A stretch of DNA of 64,000 nucleotides from Thermoleophilaceae bacterium (GTDB lineage: Bacteria > Actinomycetota > Thermoleophilia > Solirubrobacterales > Thermoleophilaceae): contig JAUJNF010000001.1 in NCBI GenBank assembly GCA_030446485.1, positions 194,018 through 258,017 of the forward strand, read 5' to 3'. The notes beneath the pieces are model-generated. The model was given only the letters and a program-made list of their open reading frames with translations. It was not told where the DNA came from and made no database searches. Below are positions 1 through 9,279 of this stretch, one piece after another. Position 1 is the stretch's first letter; each line of letters opens with the position of its first letter. The position numbers and the translations under genes are program-made.

Positions 1-245
1 AACGCCTCTACGGCCCGCGCGGCCAACGCCTCGACCTCCGACCAGTCAGCGACATCGGTCGGAACCGGTAGGGTCCGTCCGCCCGCAGCTTCCACGTCGG
101 CTGCCGCCCGCTCGAGGGCTAGGGCGCCGCGGGCGGCGAGCACGACGCTCGCGCCTCGCCGCCCGAGCTCCCTGGCCGTTACGAGCCCGATTCCCGACGA
201 CCCGCCGGTAATGACGACGACTTGGTCTGCCAGGGGTCTCCGCAT
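1..245 (-). CDS. short-chain dehydrogenase/reductase (SDR), N-terminal part only; the rest lies beyond the left edge
   Basis: Reverse translation from ATG at 245-243 gives MRRPLADQVVVITGGSSGIGLVTARELGRRGASVVLAARG..., which contains the TGxxxGIG Rossmann motif. It is truncated by the window edge and so is absent from the ORF track. Confidence 0.75.
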   Translation of the reverse strand, partial: MRRPLADQVVVITGGSSGIGLVTARELGRRGASVVLAARGALALERAAADVEAAGGRTLPVPTDVADWSEVEALAARAVEA

Positions 246-256
246 CTCTGGCCCCG

Positions 257-748
257 CTAGAAGGCCAGGTTGGAGCCGCCCAGCGAATGCAGGAGGCCGT
301 AGAGGATGCCGGTCGAGAGCCCGAACATCATGTGACCCACGAACGACGTGGCCACATCGAGCGCCCCGTAGTTCCGGTACGCGAACCCCTGCGCGCCGAC
401 CGCGCCGGTTGCGGGATCAAGCGACGGGATCATCGCGACCACCGGTCCGGCGATCGTGTAGTGGATCAGGCCGCCGATCAGCCCCCACAGCCACAGGTTG
501 TTGTCTGCTCCGACGAGGGCGAAGAACAGTGCGTACAGCACCGCCGCGAGCACCGCGATCCCCTGATGGAACATCATTCCCGCGACATATCCCGCACCGC
601 CCTTCACGCGGAGGAGGTTCTGCCCCCACGTGCGAAAGATGTTCTGCTTGAGCGGCAACCCCATCGCCTTCTGCATGTAGACGGGGCCCTCCATGATCAG
701 GCCGGCTATGAAGCCCGCGAGCACAGCGGGTCCGAGTTCGAAGTCCAT
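257..748 (-). CDS. small integral membrane protein, function unknown
   Basis: Inner ATG of track ORF 257..922 (MDFELGPAVLAGFIAGLIMEG...) preceded by GAAAGGA. The product is strongly hydrophobic. The gene lies directly after the upstream hydrolase stop. Confidence 0.6.
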   Translation of the reverse strand: MDFELGPAVLAGFIAGLIMEGPVYMQKAMGLPLKQNIFRTWGQNLLRVKGGAGYVAGMMFHQGIAVLAAVLYALFFALVGADNNLWLWGLIGGLIHYTIAGPVVAMIPSLDPATGAVGAQGFAYRNYGALDVATSFVGHMMFGLSTGILYGLLHSLGGSNLAF

Positions 749-749
749 C

Positions 750-1661
750 TCACATCCTTTCTTCGGTTGAGGCCGCGGTAGCGGCCGGAGCTTCGTCGCG
801 GTGTGCCGCGAGGAAGGGGAGAAGCGCACCAAGGAACTCGTCCGGGCGTTCGACCTGCGCCATGTGTCCGCAGTCGGGGATAACGGCGAGCTCGGCGTTG
901 GGCAGCTCGCGTACGGCGGCATGGGCGTGCGCGACCGGGAGCACGAGGTCGTTCGCGCCCCACACGACGAGGACCGGCATCGTCAGGCGGTGCAGCTGGT
1001 CGAGCAGCACCTCGAGCTGGCCCCAGGGACCTACCACGGTGCGCTTGGCGGCGATCGCCGCGTCGAGGAACCCGGGCACCTTCGCGAGCCGCGCCTGCTC
1101 AGCCAGCCAGCTCGCCGGAGCGTGGTCCTTGCGCCAGAACAGTTCCGAGACCCGCGACACCTGGCGCAGGACGCCGCCGAACGGCGCCTGCGAGAACGCC
1201 TTTGCGAGCTCGCCCAGTAGGGGGATCGTCTCGATCGCGAGGCTGGGGTTCACCGCCCAGCCCAGACCCGAGCTATCCAGTAGCACGAGCCCGCGAAAGC
1301 GCTCGGGCTCGGCGAGGGCAAGATGGATCGCCACCTGTCCGCCGATCGAGTTGCCGATGAACACGCAGCGGTCAATCTCCAGCGCGTCGAGGACTTCGCT
1401 GATGAACCGCCTCATGTACTCGCGGGTGTAGTCGGCCCGCGGCTTGTCGGTGTCGGAGTGGCCCGGAAGGCTCAGCGCGAAGACACGGTGGTCGCGGGCC
1501 AGCGCTGGGATGACCCGCTGCCAGACGGCCGCGCTGTCGCCGTCGCCGTGCAGCAGCACGACCGGCGGCCCCTCGCCGGCGGTCAGGACCTGCGAGATCA
1601 CGCCGTCGACGGCGACCTTCCGCTCCTCGATGACGTCAGAGAACTGCTCCTCGATGATCAT
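750..1661 (-). CDS. alpha/beta-fold hydrolase
   Basis: Inner ATG (MIIEEQFSDVIEERKVAVDG...) of track ORF 750..1865 with GGAG 7 nt upstream. It has the HGDGDS oxyanion region and a GNSIGG nucleophile elbow. Confidence 0.8.
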   Translation of the reverse strand: MIIEEQFSDVIEERKVAVDGVISQVLTAGEGPPVVLLHGDGDSAAVWQRVIPALARDHRVFALSLPGHSDTDKPRADYTREYMRRFISEVLDALEIDRCVFIGNSIGGQVAIHLALAEPERFRGLVLLDSSGLGWAVNPSLAIETIPLLGELAKAFSQAPFGGVLRQVSRVSELFWRKDHAPASWLAEQARLAKVPGFLDAAIAAKRTVVGPWGQLEVLLDQLHRLTMPVLVVWGANDLVLPVAHAHAAVRELPNAELAVIPDCGHMAQVERPDEFLGALLPFLAAHRDEAPAATAASTEERM

Positions 1662-1662
1662 G

Positions 1663-2490
1663 CTACATCTCCATTCCGCCGTTGATCGCCCACACCTGGC
1701 CGGTGACGTAGGCCGAGGCGTCCTCGCAGAGGAAGGCGACGACGCGCGCCACCTCCTCCGGCTGGCCGAGCCGCCTGAGCGGGATCTGCTGCTTGACCCG
1801 GTCGAGCACCCGCTCCGGGACGTCCGCGACCATCTCGGTGTCGATGAAACCGGGGGCGATCGCATTCACGGTGAGGCCGGGGCCCCGGTCGTCGAGCTTG
1901 CCGGCCTTGCCCAGCGCGTGCGCGGCCTCACGCGCCATTGTCATCGTCAATCCGAACAGCCCCGACTTGGCGGCGGCGTAGTTCGCCTGCCCGACGTTGC
2001 CGATCTGCCCGATGATCGAGGAGATGTTCAAGATCCGGCCGCTGCCGCGGTCGACCATGTGCTCGAGAGCCGGCTTGGACAGGTAGAACGCCCCGGAGAG
2101 GTTGACGCTCACTACCTCGTTCCAGTCCTGGGGGCTCATCTTCAGAACCGGTTTGTCCACGGTGATGCCGGCGTTGTTGACGAGGATGTCGAGCCGGCCG
2201 TGCTGATCGAGAACCTCCCCAACCACCCGCTCGCAGTCGTACGCCGACCCCACGTGGCCCTGGTGGACAGTGCACACTCCACCGTTCGACTCGACCTCGC
2301 CCGCGAGCGCCAGCGCCCCGTCGCGGCCCCGCCGATAGCCCGCGGCGATGGCCGCTCCTTGGCCGGCCAGCTGCCGGCTGATGGCCGCGCCGATGCCGCG
2401 CGCCCCGCCGGTGACGAGCGCCACCCTCCCGGCCAGCGGGCTGCCCCGCTCGCCCGTTCGCGGGTCTTGTCGCACAGCAGATACCGTCAT
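1663..2490 (-). CDS. phaB: acetoacetyl-CoA reductase / 3-oxoacyl reductase (FabG-PhaB type SDR)
   Basis: VALVTGGARGIGAAI, NNAGIT and SSIIGQIGNVGQANYAAAKSG motifs. It lies immediately downstream of the PHA synthase gene. The start is taken at the inner ATG MTVSAV. Confidence 0.7.
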   Translation of the reverse strand: MTVSAVRQDPRTGERGSPLAGRVALVTGGARGIGAAISRQLAGQGAAIAAGYRRGRDGALALAGEVESNGGVCTVHQGHVGSAYDCERVVGEVLDQHGRLDILVNNAGITVDKPVLKMSPQDWNEVVSVNLSGAFYLSKPALEHMVDRGSGRILNISSIIGQIGNVGQANYAAAKSGLFGLTMTMAREAAHALGKAGKLDDRGPGLTVNAIAPGFIDTEMVADVPERVLDRVKQQIPLRRLGQPEEVARVVAFLCEDASAYVTGQVWAINGGMEM

Positions 2491-3533
2491 ACGTCCTCCT
2501 TCGCGTAGGACCGCTTCTTCAGCCAATCGCCCACCTGCGGCCAAATCTCGGCGCGTGCCTTCGACCCCGCCATGAGGCCGATGTGCCCGCCCGGCCGGTC
2601 GACATGGGTAATGTCGCGGGAGGACACGAGCTCGAGCAGCGGCACGGTCCCCGCGCGGGGCGCTATGTGATCGGCGCCGGCGGTCACGACCAGGAGGCTG
2701 TGATCGATGCGGCCGAGGTCAACGCGCCGGTCGCGCAGCCGGATTCGCCCGGCGACGAGGTCGTTTCGCTTGTACATCCAGGTCATCCACTCGCGGAACG
2801 CCCGCGCGGGAAACGGGGGATTGTCGGCCACCCACTTCGCCATCGACTGGTAGGCGACGCGCCGCGGCTTGCCCGCCACCACGTCGTCCCACAGCTTCCG
2901 GTAGGTCGTCCAGAAGTTGGTTACGGGCTTCATCATCTTGTTGGCCCAATCGATGCCGGCGCCGGGGATCACGGGCAGCGCCTCGGTCAGGGCGTCGACG
3001 TCGAACGACTGGCGCCGCACCCAATGCGCGTACAGCGACCCGTCGGTGTCGATCGGTGTGGTTAGAAGCACGAGGTTGCGCACATGCCGTGCTCGCTCGA
3101 GTGTCGCGTGCATCGCGCAGAGCACACCTCCGATGCACCATCCGGTGAGGGTGAGCTCCTGCTGGCCCGCGGCCCGCAGCGTTTCGCGGATCGCCCACGG
3201 CAGCCAGTCGCAGACGTAATCGTCGAGCCCGACGTCGGCGTCCTCGTCGCCCGGACGCCCCCAGTCGAGCAGGAAGACGTCGAAGCCCTGCTCGAGCAGG
3301 AACTCGACGAACGAGCTACCGGGGCGGAGGTCGAAGATCTCGGGCCGGTTGATCAGCGCGAACACGAGCAGCACGGGCACCGGGTACTGGCGCCGCTCAC
3401 TGCGGTAGCGGTACAGCGTCGTCGACCGGTGTGTCCACACGATGTCCTTGGGCGTAGCTCCGATCTCCGCCTCGTCCTGGGTCAGCAGGATGTGTCCGAA
3501 CTCGACCGCTGCGGTGGCCTCAGCGGGCCGCAT
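2487..3533 (-). CDS. phaC: class III poly(3-hydroxyalkanoate) synthase PhaC
   Basis: Start MRPAEATAAVEFGHILL. About 348 aa, the class III size. Lipase box GWCIGG and PVLLVFALINRPEIFDL are present. The longer track ORF 2487..4055 is an implausible Arg/Gly-rich 5' extension. Confidence 0.85.
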   Translation of the reverse strand: MRPAEATAAVEFGHILLTQDEAEIGATPKDIVWTHRSTTLYRYRSERRQYPVPVLLVFALINRPEIFDLRPGSSFVEFLLEQGFDVFLLDWGRPGDEDADVGLDDYVCDWLPWAIRETLRAAGQQELTLTGWCIGGVLCAMHATLERARHVRNLVLLTTPIDTDGSLYAHWVRRQSFDVDALTEALPVIPGAGIDWANKMMKPVTNFWTTYRKLWDDVVAGKPRRVAYQSMAKWVADNPPFPARAFREWMTWMYKRNDLVAGRIRLRDRRVDLGRIDHSLLVVTAGADHIAPRAGTVPLLELVSSRDITHVDRPGGHIGLMAGSKARAEIWPQVGDWLKKRSYAKEDV

Positions 3534-4045
3534 CACCTCGGCCCGCCCTTGGAGCGCCCTGCCACCCAGAGCGTTGCCCAGGCGGTCGTCACGACCAGGG
3601 CGAGCACGCCGACCGCGAGGGCAACGACCTCCCCGCCGCCGGAGAGCGAGGGGGGATGCAGGACGAGGAGCACGGTGGCCACGACCAGCGCCGTGACGGC
3701 CGAGCCCCCCACCGCCGCTTGCCGGTTCGACCGTCCGGCCGGGCCGGTGGCTTCCGCCGGCGGGCGCTCCTGCAGCGTCTCGACCTCCTGGAGCACCCGC
3801 TCGAGCTTGTCCTCGGCGCGGCCGATCTGGCGGCCGAGCCTCGTCACGTCCTGTCGCCCGGCGAGCCGGAGATGGCGGATCACAAGATCGAGCGCCGTCG
3901 ACGTGACGCGGTACAGCGCAACGAGGTTCGCCACGACGCGGGCCAGAAGCTCGGCGAACCCTTCGCTCGCCACCAGGCGCTCCGTCGCGCGCGCCACGTC
4001 CGCCTCTGCCTCTTCGAGCAAGCGACGCGCGCCTGCGTCCGTCAC
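3533..4045 (-). CDS. coiled-coil protein with hydrophobic C-terminal tail, translationally coupled to phaC (possible PhaE-like partner or granule protein)
   Basis: 170-aa ORF with a GTG start. Its TGA overlaps the phaC ATG (TGATG). It has heptad-like helices followed by a hydrophobic tail. The functional call rests on context only. Confidence 0.5.
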   Translation of the reverse strand: MTDAGARRLLEEAEADVARATERLVASEGFAELLARVVANLVALYRVTSTALDLVIRHLRLAGRQDVTRLGRQIGRAEDKLERVLQEVETLQERPPAEATGPAGRSNRQAAVGGSAVTALVVATVLLVLHPPSLSGGGEVVALAVGVLALVVTTAWATLWVAGRSKGGPR

Positions 4046-4075
4046 GATCAGCCATCCCGACGCGATCGTCGCTGA

Positions 4076-4351
4076 CTACTTGAGGAGCTCACGCGCCGCT
4101 GAGGTGTAGGTCTCGGTCATCTCGCGGGTGAAGTTCGCCTGGGCTGCGGCGATCGCCGAGAACCACTGCACCTGGCTCGCCTTGCCCACCGCCTGCTGCA
4201 TGTCCGCGATGCTCTTCAGCGTCTTCTCGTAGAGATCGAGCGAGGTGAGCCCCGCCTTCTGACTCTTCTCGATGATGCGCTCGTTGAGCTCACGGATGCG
4301 CTCCGCGGAAGCGTCCCCGTCGGCGTTCTTGGACTTCAAAGGGTTTTCCAT
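4076..4351 (-). CDS. small helical protein, phasin-like by context
   Basis: 91-aa ORF with a strong GAGGGAGGA Shine-Dalgarno sequence. Amphipathic helical composition. It heads the PHA gene string. Confidence 0.6.
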   Translation of the reverse strand: MENPLKSKNADGDASAERIRELNERIIEKSQKAGLTSLDLYEKTLKSIADMQQAVGKASQVQWFSAIAAAQANFTREMTETYTSAARELLK

Positions 4352-4569
4352 GGGTCCTCCCTCGTCGAGTTGTCGGGTGTTGCTTACTTCCAGCCGAGGA
4401 AGAAGCCGAGGGACACCTACCCCGCGCGGGTCGAAAGAAAGCGTTACGTTTACTCGCCGGTACCGTAAGTACAGCTAGTGGCTTAGGTGGTCGCCGGTGC
4501 GCCGGCGTGTTGCTTGCCCGCGCGACCTGGAGTCTCCGCCCTCGGAGAGCAATCAGCGAGCCGCCACGG

Positions 4570-5076
4570 CTAACCCATGGTGGTTTCGCGCAGCGAGAGC
4601 TCCACGAAGTGGTCCCACATAGACGCAATCTTCTCCGCGGTGGCCCGCTCGTTCTGACATATGCGCCGCGCGACGTCCGACGTCCCCTCGTCGCCCGCGC
4701 GTAGCGCAAGCCGCTCGAGCATCTCGTAGAACGCGATCTCGAGGTGCTCGGCGATGTAGGCATCGCGCGCGTTCTTGCCCTCGCTGTCCGGGCGCATGCT
4801 GGCCGTGGCCGCACTCATCGCCGCCATGAGCTTGTTCTGGGCGTCTTTCACGGAAGAGGTTCCTTCGCCAAGCTCCGCGAGCCGACCCTCCAGCAACTGA
4901 AGGTGCTCGCGAGTCTCGTTCGCATGGAGCGCGAGAGCGTGCTCGAACTGCTCGTCTTCAGTCAGCTTCGCGAGGCTTTCGAGCGAGTCGAGCGACTGCT
5001 GCTCCATGGCATGCGCGCTCTGCAGATACCGCACGACCTTCTCCCTAGCCATCTCCTGATCGACCTGAATCGCCAT
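4570..5076 (-). CDS. ferritin-like DUF892 (YciE/YciF-type) stress protein
   Basis: REKVVRYLQSAHAMEQQSL...HANETREH...AEHLEIAFYEML pattern typical of DUF892. ATG at 5076 with GGAAAGGA upstream; the track start at 5079 is a TTG one codon earlier. Confidence 0.85.
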   Translation of the reverse strand: MAIQVDQEMAREKVVRYLQSAHAMEQQSLDSLESLAKLTEDEQFEHALALHANETREHLQLLEGRLAELGEGTSSVKDAQNKLMAAMSAATASMRPDSEGKNARDAYIAEHLEIAFYEMLERLALRAGDEGTSDVARRICQNERATAEKIASMWDHFVELSLRETTMG

Positions 5077-5204
5077 CAACGGTCCTTTCCAAGTGTCTAT
5101 AGCGGGAGTGGGTATACACCGCTTCGCAGGCCGGCACCGTGTTAGTAGTTCTAAGGCTCATCGTTACTGCCGACGAATGCGGAGGCTTGGCTACCCTGGC
5201 GCGC

Positions 5205-7688
5205 ATGGGAGGAAAGGCCGGGCGCCTGACGCTGTTCGCGCTCGCCCTCGCCATCGCCGCGCCGGTGGGTGCGCAGGCGGCGGAAACCGTGGCCTCGTCG
5301 GGCCCGCTGACGGCCCGGGTGGACGCCGACCCGTGGCACCTCGACTTCGCGGGGCCGGGCGGCGAGCTCGTGCTCGGTGAGGCCGCCGGCACGGGCCCCA
5401 GCCCGACGGGCACGCTCGGCTTCCGTACGAACGCCGGCACCTGGTTTCACGCCACGAGGGTGATTGTGAGCGGGCGTGACGGCCCCGCGTACACCGCCAC
5501 GCTCGCCACCACCGATCCCCTCGGCCGCACGCTGGCGGTGCGGATCGAGCCCGACGCCGAGGGCGTGATCCGCCTCGAGTCGCGCGTCGAGGGTCTGCTC
5601 CTCGGCGAGGTGAACGGCTCCGGTATCGCCTTCGGCGCCGCGCCCGGCGAGCGCTACCTCGGCTTCGGCGAGCGCTCGAACGCCGTCGACCAGCGCGGCA
5701 ACACCGTCGAGCACTACGTGGCCGAGGGCCCCTACCAGCGCGAGGAGCGTCCGGTGATCGCCGCCTTCGTTCCCCCGCCCGGCTTCCGTCCGCGCGACGA
5801 CGCCACCTACTTCCCCATCCCCTGGCTTCTCTCCACCCGGGGCTACGGCGTGCTGGTGGACAACGACGAGGAGAGCCGCCACCGCCTCGGCAGCGACGAT
5901 CCGGGCGCCTGGAGCGTGGAGGTCGATGCCCCCACCCTCCGCATGCGGATCTTCGCGGGTCCCAAGCCCGCCGACGCCGTCCGCCGCTTCAGCGCGAGCG
6001 TCGGGCGCCAGCCGCCGGCGGCCGCGTCCTTCTACTTCGGCCCGTGGTACCAGCCGCGCAGGGGCGTCGACCCGTTCGTGGAGCTCAAGCAGCTGAAGGA
6101 CGCCGACACGCCCCTGTCGCTCGCGCAGACCTACACCCACTACCTCCCCTGCGCCGACCAGAGGGGACGGGAGGAGGCCGAGCGCGAGCGCGTGCGCCGC
6201 TTCCACGAGGCCGGCCTGGCGATCACCACCTACTTCAACCCGATGATCTGCACGAGCTACCAGCCGGTGTACGACGAGGCGAAGGCCCGCGGCGCGCTCA
6301 CGAAGGACCGCCAGGGCAACGCCTACGAGTACCGCTACACCGGCAGCGAGCCGTTCTTCGTCGGCCAGTTCGACTTCACGACGGACGCGGGGATGAACAT
6401 CATGGGCCGCCTGCTCGGCGAGGCGATCGCCGACGGCCACGACGGCTGGATGGAGGACTTCGGCGAGTACACGCCCCTGGACTCGGTCAACTCGAAGGGC
6501 GAGACCGGCACCGCCGCCCACAACGACTACGTCGAGGACTACCACTGCGGCTTCTACGACCTCACCCGCAACCGCGGCAAGCCGTTCGCGCGCTTCAACC
6601 GCTCGGGCTGGACGGGCTCGGCGCGCTGCTCGCAGATCGTGTGGAACGGCGACCCGACGGTCAGCTTCGGCTTCGACGGCCTCGAGTCCGCGGTGAAGAA
6701 CGGACTGACCATGGGCCTGTCGGGCGTGAGCACCTGGGGCTCCGACATCGGCGGCTTCTTCGCGCTCGGCAACAACCCCGGGCTCTCCCCCGAGCTGCTG
6801 ATCCGCTGGCTCGAGTTCGGCGCGGTGTCCGGCGTGATGCGCACCCAGGCCAACGGCTTCCACATCCCGGCGTCACCGCGCGCGCAGATCTCCGATCCCG
6901 CCGTGCTGCGTCACTGGCGCCGCTACGCCAAGCTGCGCACCCAGCTCTACCCCTACATCGCGGCCGCCGAGGGCGAGTACCAGCGCAACGGCCTGCCGAT
7001 CATGCGGCACCTCTCACTGGCCTATCCGGACGACGAGCGCGCGGTGGCGAGCGAGGGCGAGTTCATGTTCGGCCCCGACCTGCTGGCGGCGCCGGTGGTG
7101 GCGGACGGCCAGCGGTCGCGGCAGCTGTATCTCCCGGAGGGCAAGTGGGTCAGCTTCTGGGGCGGCGTGAGCTTCCAGCCCAAGGAGGGTGGGTTCGCCG
7201 TACGCAGCACGCGGGTGCGGGACGGAGGCGGCGACGTGACCCTGCGTGCCTCGCTCGGCGAGCTGCCGATGCTCGTGCGTGCCGGAGCGGTGCTGCCGAT
7301 GCTGCCGGCCGACGTGGACACGCTTGCCGACTACGGGGCGGGCGCTCCGGGCAACGTGCGCCTCGCCGACCGGCGCAACCAGCTGCGGCTGCTGGCCTTC
7401 CCGCGCGGGCAGTCGTCCACGCCGCTCGCCGACGGTGGGCAGCTCGAGTCGACCGAAGGGCGCGATCGCTGGACCCTGAGCGTGAACGGCAAGCGGCGGA
7501 CCGCCTACTCGCTCGAGGCCTCGATGTCCACGCTCGAGCGCCGTCTGCGTCCCTGTCGGGTGCTGCTGAACGGGCGTCCGCTCAAGCGGACGGCGTGGCG
7601 CTACGACAAGCGCCGGCGGGCGCTCAGCGTGCGGTTCAAGCTGCGCTCGGGGCGGGTCACGGCGCTCGGCAGCTGCGGTAGGAGGTAG
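5205..7688 (+). CDS. secreted glycoside hydrolase family 31 (alpha-glucosidase/xylosidase-like)
   Basis: Inner ATG gives the signal peptide MGGKAGRLTLFALALAIAAPVGAQAAE. A DGWMEDFGEYTP catalytic region and RTQANG motif are present. Confidence 0.85.
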   Translation: MGGKAGRLTLFALALAIAAPVGAQAAETVASSGPLTARVDADPWHLDFAGPGGELVLGEAAGTGPSPTGTLGFRTNAGTWFHATRVIVSGRDGPAYTATLATTDPLGRTLAVRIEPDAEGVIRLESRVEGLLLGEVNGSGIAFGAAPGERYLGFGERSNAVDQRGNTVEHYVAEGPYQREERPVIAAFVPPPGFRPRDDATYFPIPWLLSTRGYGVLVDNDEESRHRLGSDDPGAWSVEVDAPTLRMRIFAGPKPADAVRRFSASVGRQPPAAASFYFGPWYQPRRGVDPFVELKQLKDADTPLSLAQTYTHYLPCADQRGREEAERERVRRFHEAGLAITTYFNPMICTSYQPVYDEAKARGALTKDRQGNAYEYRYTGSEPFFVGQFDFTTDAGMNIMGRLLGEAIADGHDGWMEDFGEYTPLDSVNSKGETGTAAHNDYVEDYHCGFYDLTRNRGKPFARFNRSGWTGSARCSQIVWNGDPTVSFGFDGLESAVKNGLTMGLSGVSTWGSDIGGFFALGNNPGLSPELLIRWLEFGAVSGVMRTQANGFHIPASPRAQISDPAVLRHWRRYAKLRTQLYPYIAAAEGEYQRNGLPIMRHLSLAYPDDERAVASEGEFMFGPDLLAAPVVADGQRSRQLYLPEGKWVSFWGGVSFQPKEGGFAVRSTRVRDGGGDVTLRASLGELPMLVRAGAVLPMLPADVDTLADYGAGAPGNVRLADRRNQLRLLAFPRGQSSTPLADGGQLESTEGRDRWTLSVNGKRRTAYSLEASMSTLERRLRPCRVLLNGRPLKRTAWRYDKRRRALSVRFKLRSGRVTALGSCGRR

Positions 7689-7702
7689 CCGCGGGCAAGC
7701 CG

Positions 7703-8377
7703 ATGGCGTGGCCCAACCTCGCCATCGGTCAGGATGGGGGTATGTCAACCACACCGCCCCCACGCAGCGTCAAGATCGACCGGGACGAGCGGGGCGGGTG
7801 GTCCTCCGATCGTCCCCGCCGCGACGGCGCCCCTCCGCGCCCGGCCGACGTCTCGGTACGCGGCCGCCTGCTCAAGCCCACCGACAGCCTGCGCTACTCG
7901 CCCGCAAGCCTGCTGATCGTCGTGTCCTCCTCGCCCAGCGAGCGCGACGCCTTCACCGAGCGGCTGATCGACAACAAGGGCTCGGTCCTCTCGCTCGACA
8001 AGGTCCGCGGCCTGCTCCGCGGCCGGGTGGCCGACGAGGAGCTCGAGGGTCGCGCTGGCGAGGTGCTGAACGCCGCTGTGCTGAAGCGCCTCGAGGCCGG
8101 CGACACGGTGGTGGTGGCCGCCGAGGGCCTCGAGCCCGAGGAGCGCGAGCGCTACGTGCGGATGGCGCACCGCTTCCGCCGCCCGCGCCACGTGATCCTG
8201 CTCGAGACCCCGCGCGACCAGGTGGACGAGGAGGACCGCCCCGCGCTGAACGACCTCCGGCGCCGCCTGGGCGCGGGCGAGATGGGCGCCGAGGGCTTCG
8301 ACACCTCCCTGCGGCTGAGCGGCAACTCGATCAGCGAGGTCAAGCGGATCGCGTTCGAGCGGGCGCCGCGGGACTGA
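7703..8377 (+). CDS. AAA_33/polynucleotide-kinase-like protein with degenerate Walker A
   Basis: Overall pattern LLIVVSS...VLSLDKVR...AGDTVVVAAEGLEPEERERYVRMAHRFRRPRHVILLETP resembles P-loop kinases. SSSPSERD replaces GxxGxGKS. The start is uncertain (7703 or ATG at 7742). Confidence 0.5.
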   Translation: MAWPNLAIGQDGGMSTTPPPRSVKIDRDERGGWSSDRPRRDGAPPRPADVSVRGRLLKPTDSLRYSPASLLIVVSSSPSERDAFTERLIDNKGSVLSLDKVRGLLRGRVADEELEGRAGEVLNAAVLKRLEAGDTVVVAAEGLEPEERERYVRMAHRFRRPRHVILLETPRDQVDEEDRPALNDLRRRLGAGEMGAEGFDTSLRLSGNSISEVKRIAFERAPRD

Positions 8378-8411
8378 GCCGCGCGGGGGCCTCCGCGCCC
8401 CGAGGGTGGCG

Positions 8412-8434
8412 CTGCGCCGCGCTCAGGGGCGCAG
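8412..8434. terminator. GC-rich hairpin between convergent genes
   Basis: CTGCGCC-gcgctcagg-GGCGCAG, a 7-bp stem between the 7703..8377 (+) and 8472..9203 (-) gene ends. No U-tract. Confidence 0.3.
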
Positions 8435-8471
8435 GCTCAAGCGCTGGGACGCGACGCGCGCGTCGAGGCGG

Positions 8472-9203
8472 TCAGGACCGCAGCCGCCGGTGCCACGGCC
8501 GCGCCTCCGGCCGCAGGCGCGCCGCCACGTATCCGCTGCCGGCGCTCACCAGCGCCACGCCGGCGGCGGCGACGCCCACGCCGGCGACAATCCGCAGCCG
8601 GCGCCCGAGCTTGTCGAAGCGCATGACCTGCCAGTGCTCCTCGCGGGCGATCGCGAGCAGCTCCTTGTCCGGATTCACCGCCACCGGGTGGCCCACCGCC
8701 CGCAGCATCGGCAGGTCCGACACCGAGTCGGAGTACGCGTACGAGGCCGCCAGGTCGATCCCCTCGTCGGCGGCCATCCGCCGCATGGCCACCGCCTTGC
8801 CCTCGCCGTAGTTCATCGGGCCCATGAGGCGGCCCGTGTACACGCCGTCCTCGACCTCGTAGTGGGTACCGATCCCCCCGTCGAGCACGAGCACGTGGGC
8901 GGTGAGCTCGGCCACGTTGTGCGAAGCCGCCGTGACGATGTAGGCGCGCCGGCCGGCGTCCTGGTGGGCAAAGGCCGTCTGCAGCATCTCTGGGTACACC
9001 CGCGGGAGCAGCCCGGCCACCACCTCGGGCCGCAGGCGCGTGAGCTGCAGCGCAGGCAGACCGACAAGCGCCTCCTGGATCCGGGCGATCAGCTCCTCGG
9101 TGCCCTGGTCGCTCGACCCCTCGAGGCGAAAGCGCAGGTTGGCCCACGCGCCCTCCACGAGCTGGCGCCGCGTGATGATGCCGGCCCGGTAGGCGGCGCG
9201 CAC
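8472..9203 (-). CDS. HAD-IB (SerB-like) family hydrolase with C-terminal membrane anchor; homology continues upstream to 9290
   Basis: Track ORF starts at GTG 9203. The same frame is open to 9290 and encodes AAFFDLDRTLIEGSS (HAD motif I) with no ATG/GTG/TTG. Confidence 0.75.
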   Translation of the reverse strand: MRAAYRAGIITRRQLVEGAWANLRFRLEGSSDQGTEELIARIQEALVGLPALQLTRLRPEVVAGLLPRVYPEMLQTAFAHQDAGRRAYIVTAASHNVAELTAHVLVLDGGIGTHYEVEDGVYTGRLMGPMNYGEGKAVAMRRMAADEGIDLAASYAYSDSVSDLPMLRAVGHPVAVNPDKELLAIAREEHWQVMRFDKLGRRLRIVAGVGVAAAGVALVSAGSGYVAARLRPEARPWHRRLRS

Positions 9204-9279
9204 GAACGGCAGGGCACTGGAGCCCTCTATCAGCGTCCGGTCGAGATCGAAGAAGGCGGCGCCGGGCGCGCCTCCGTCC

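Noticed and set aside
3534-4055. 5' extension of the phaC frame (track ORF 2487..4055)
   Set aside because: The Arg/Gly/Pro-rich extension overlaps a better ORF in another frame. The class III PhaC length and N-terminus fit the ATG at 3533.
5151-6863. 570-aa minus-strand ORF (and the 545-aa ORF 6044..7681) overlapping the GH31 gene
   Set aside because: Arg/Gly/Ala/Val-rich translation with no motifs. This is a typical shadow ORF in GC-rich DNA opposite or out of frame to a well-supported gene.
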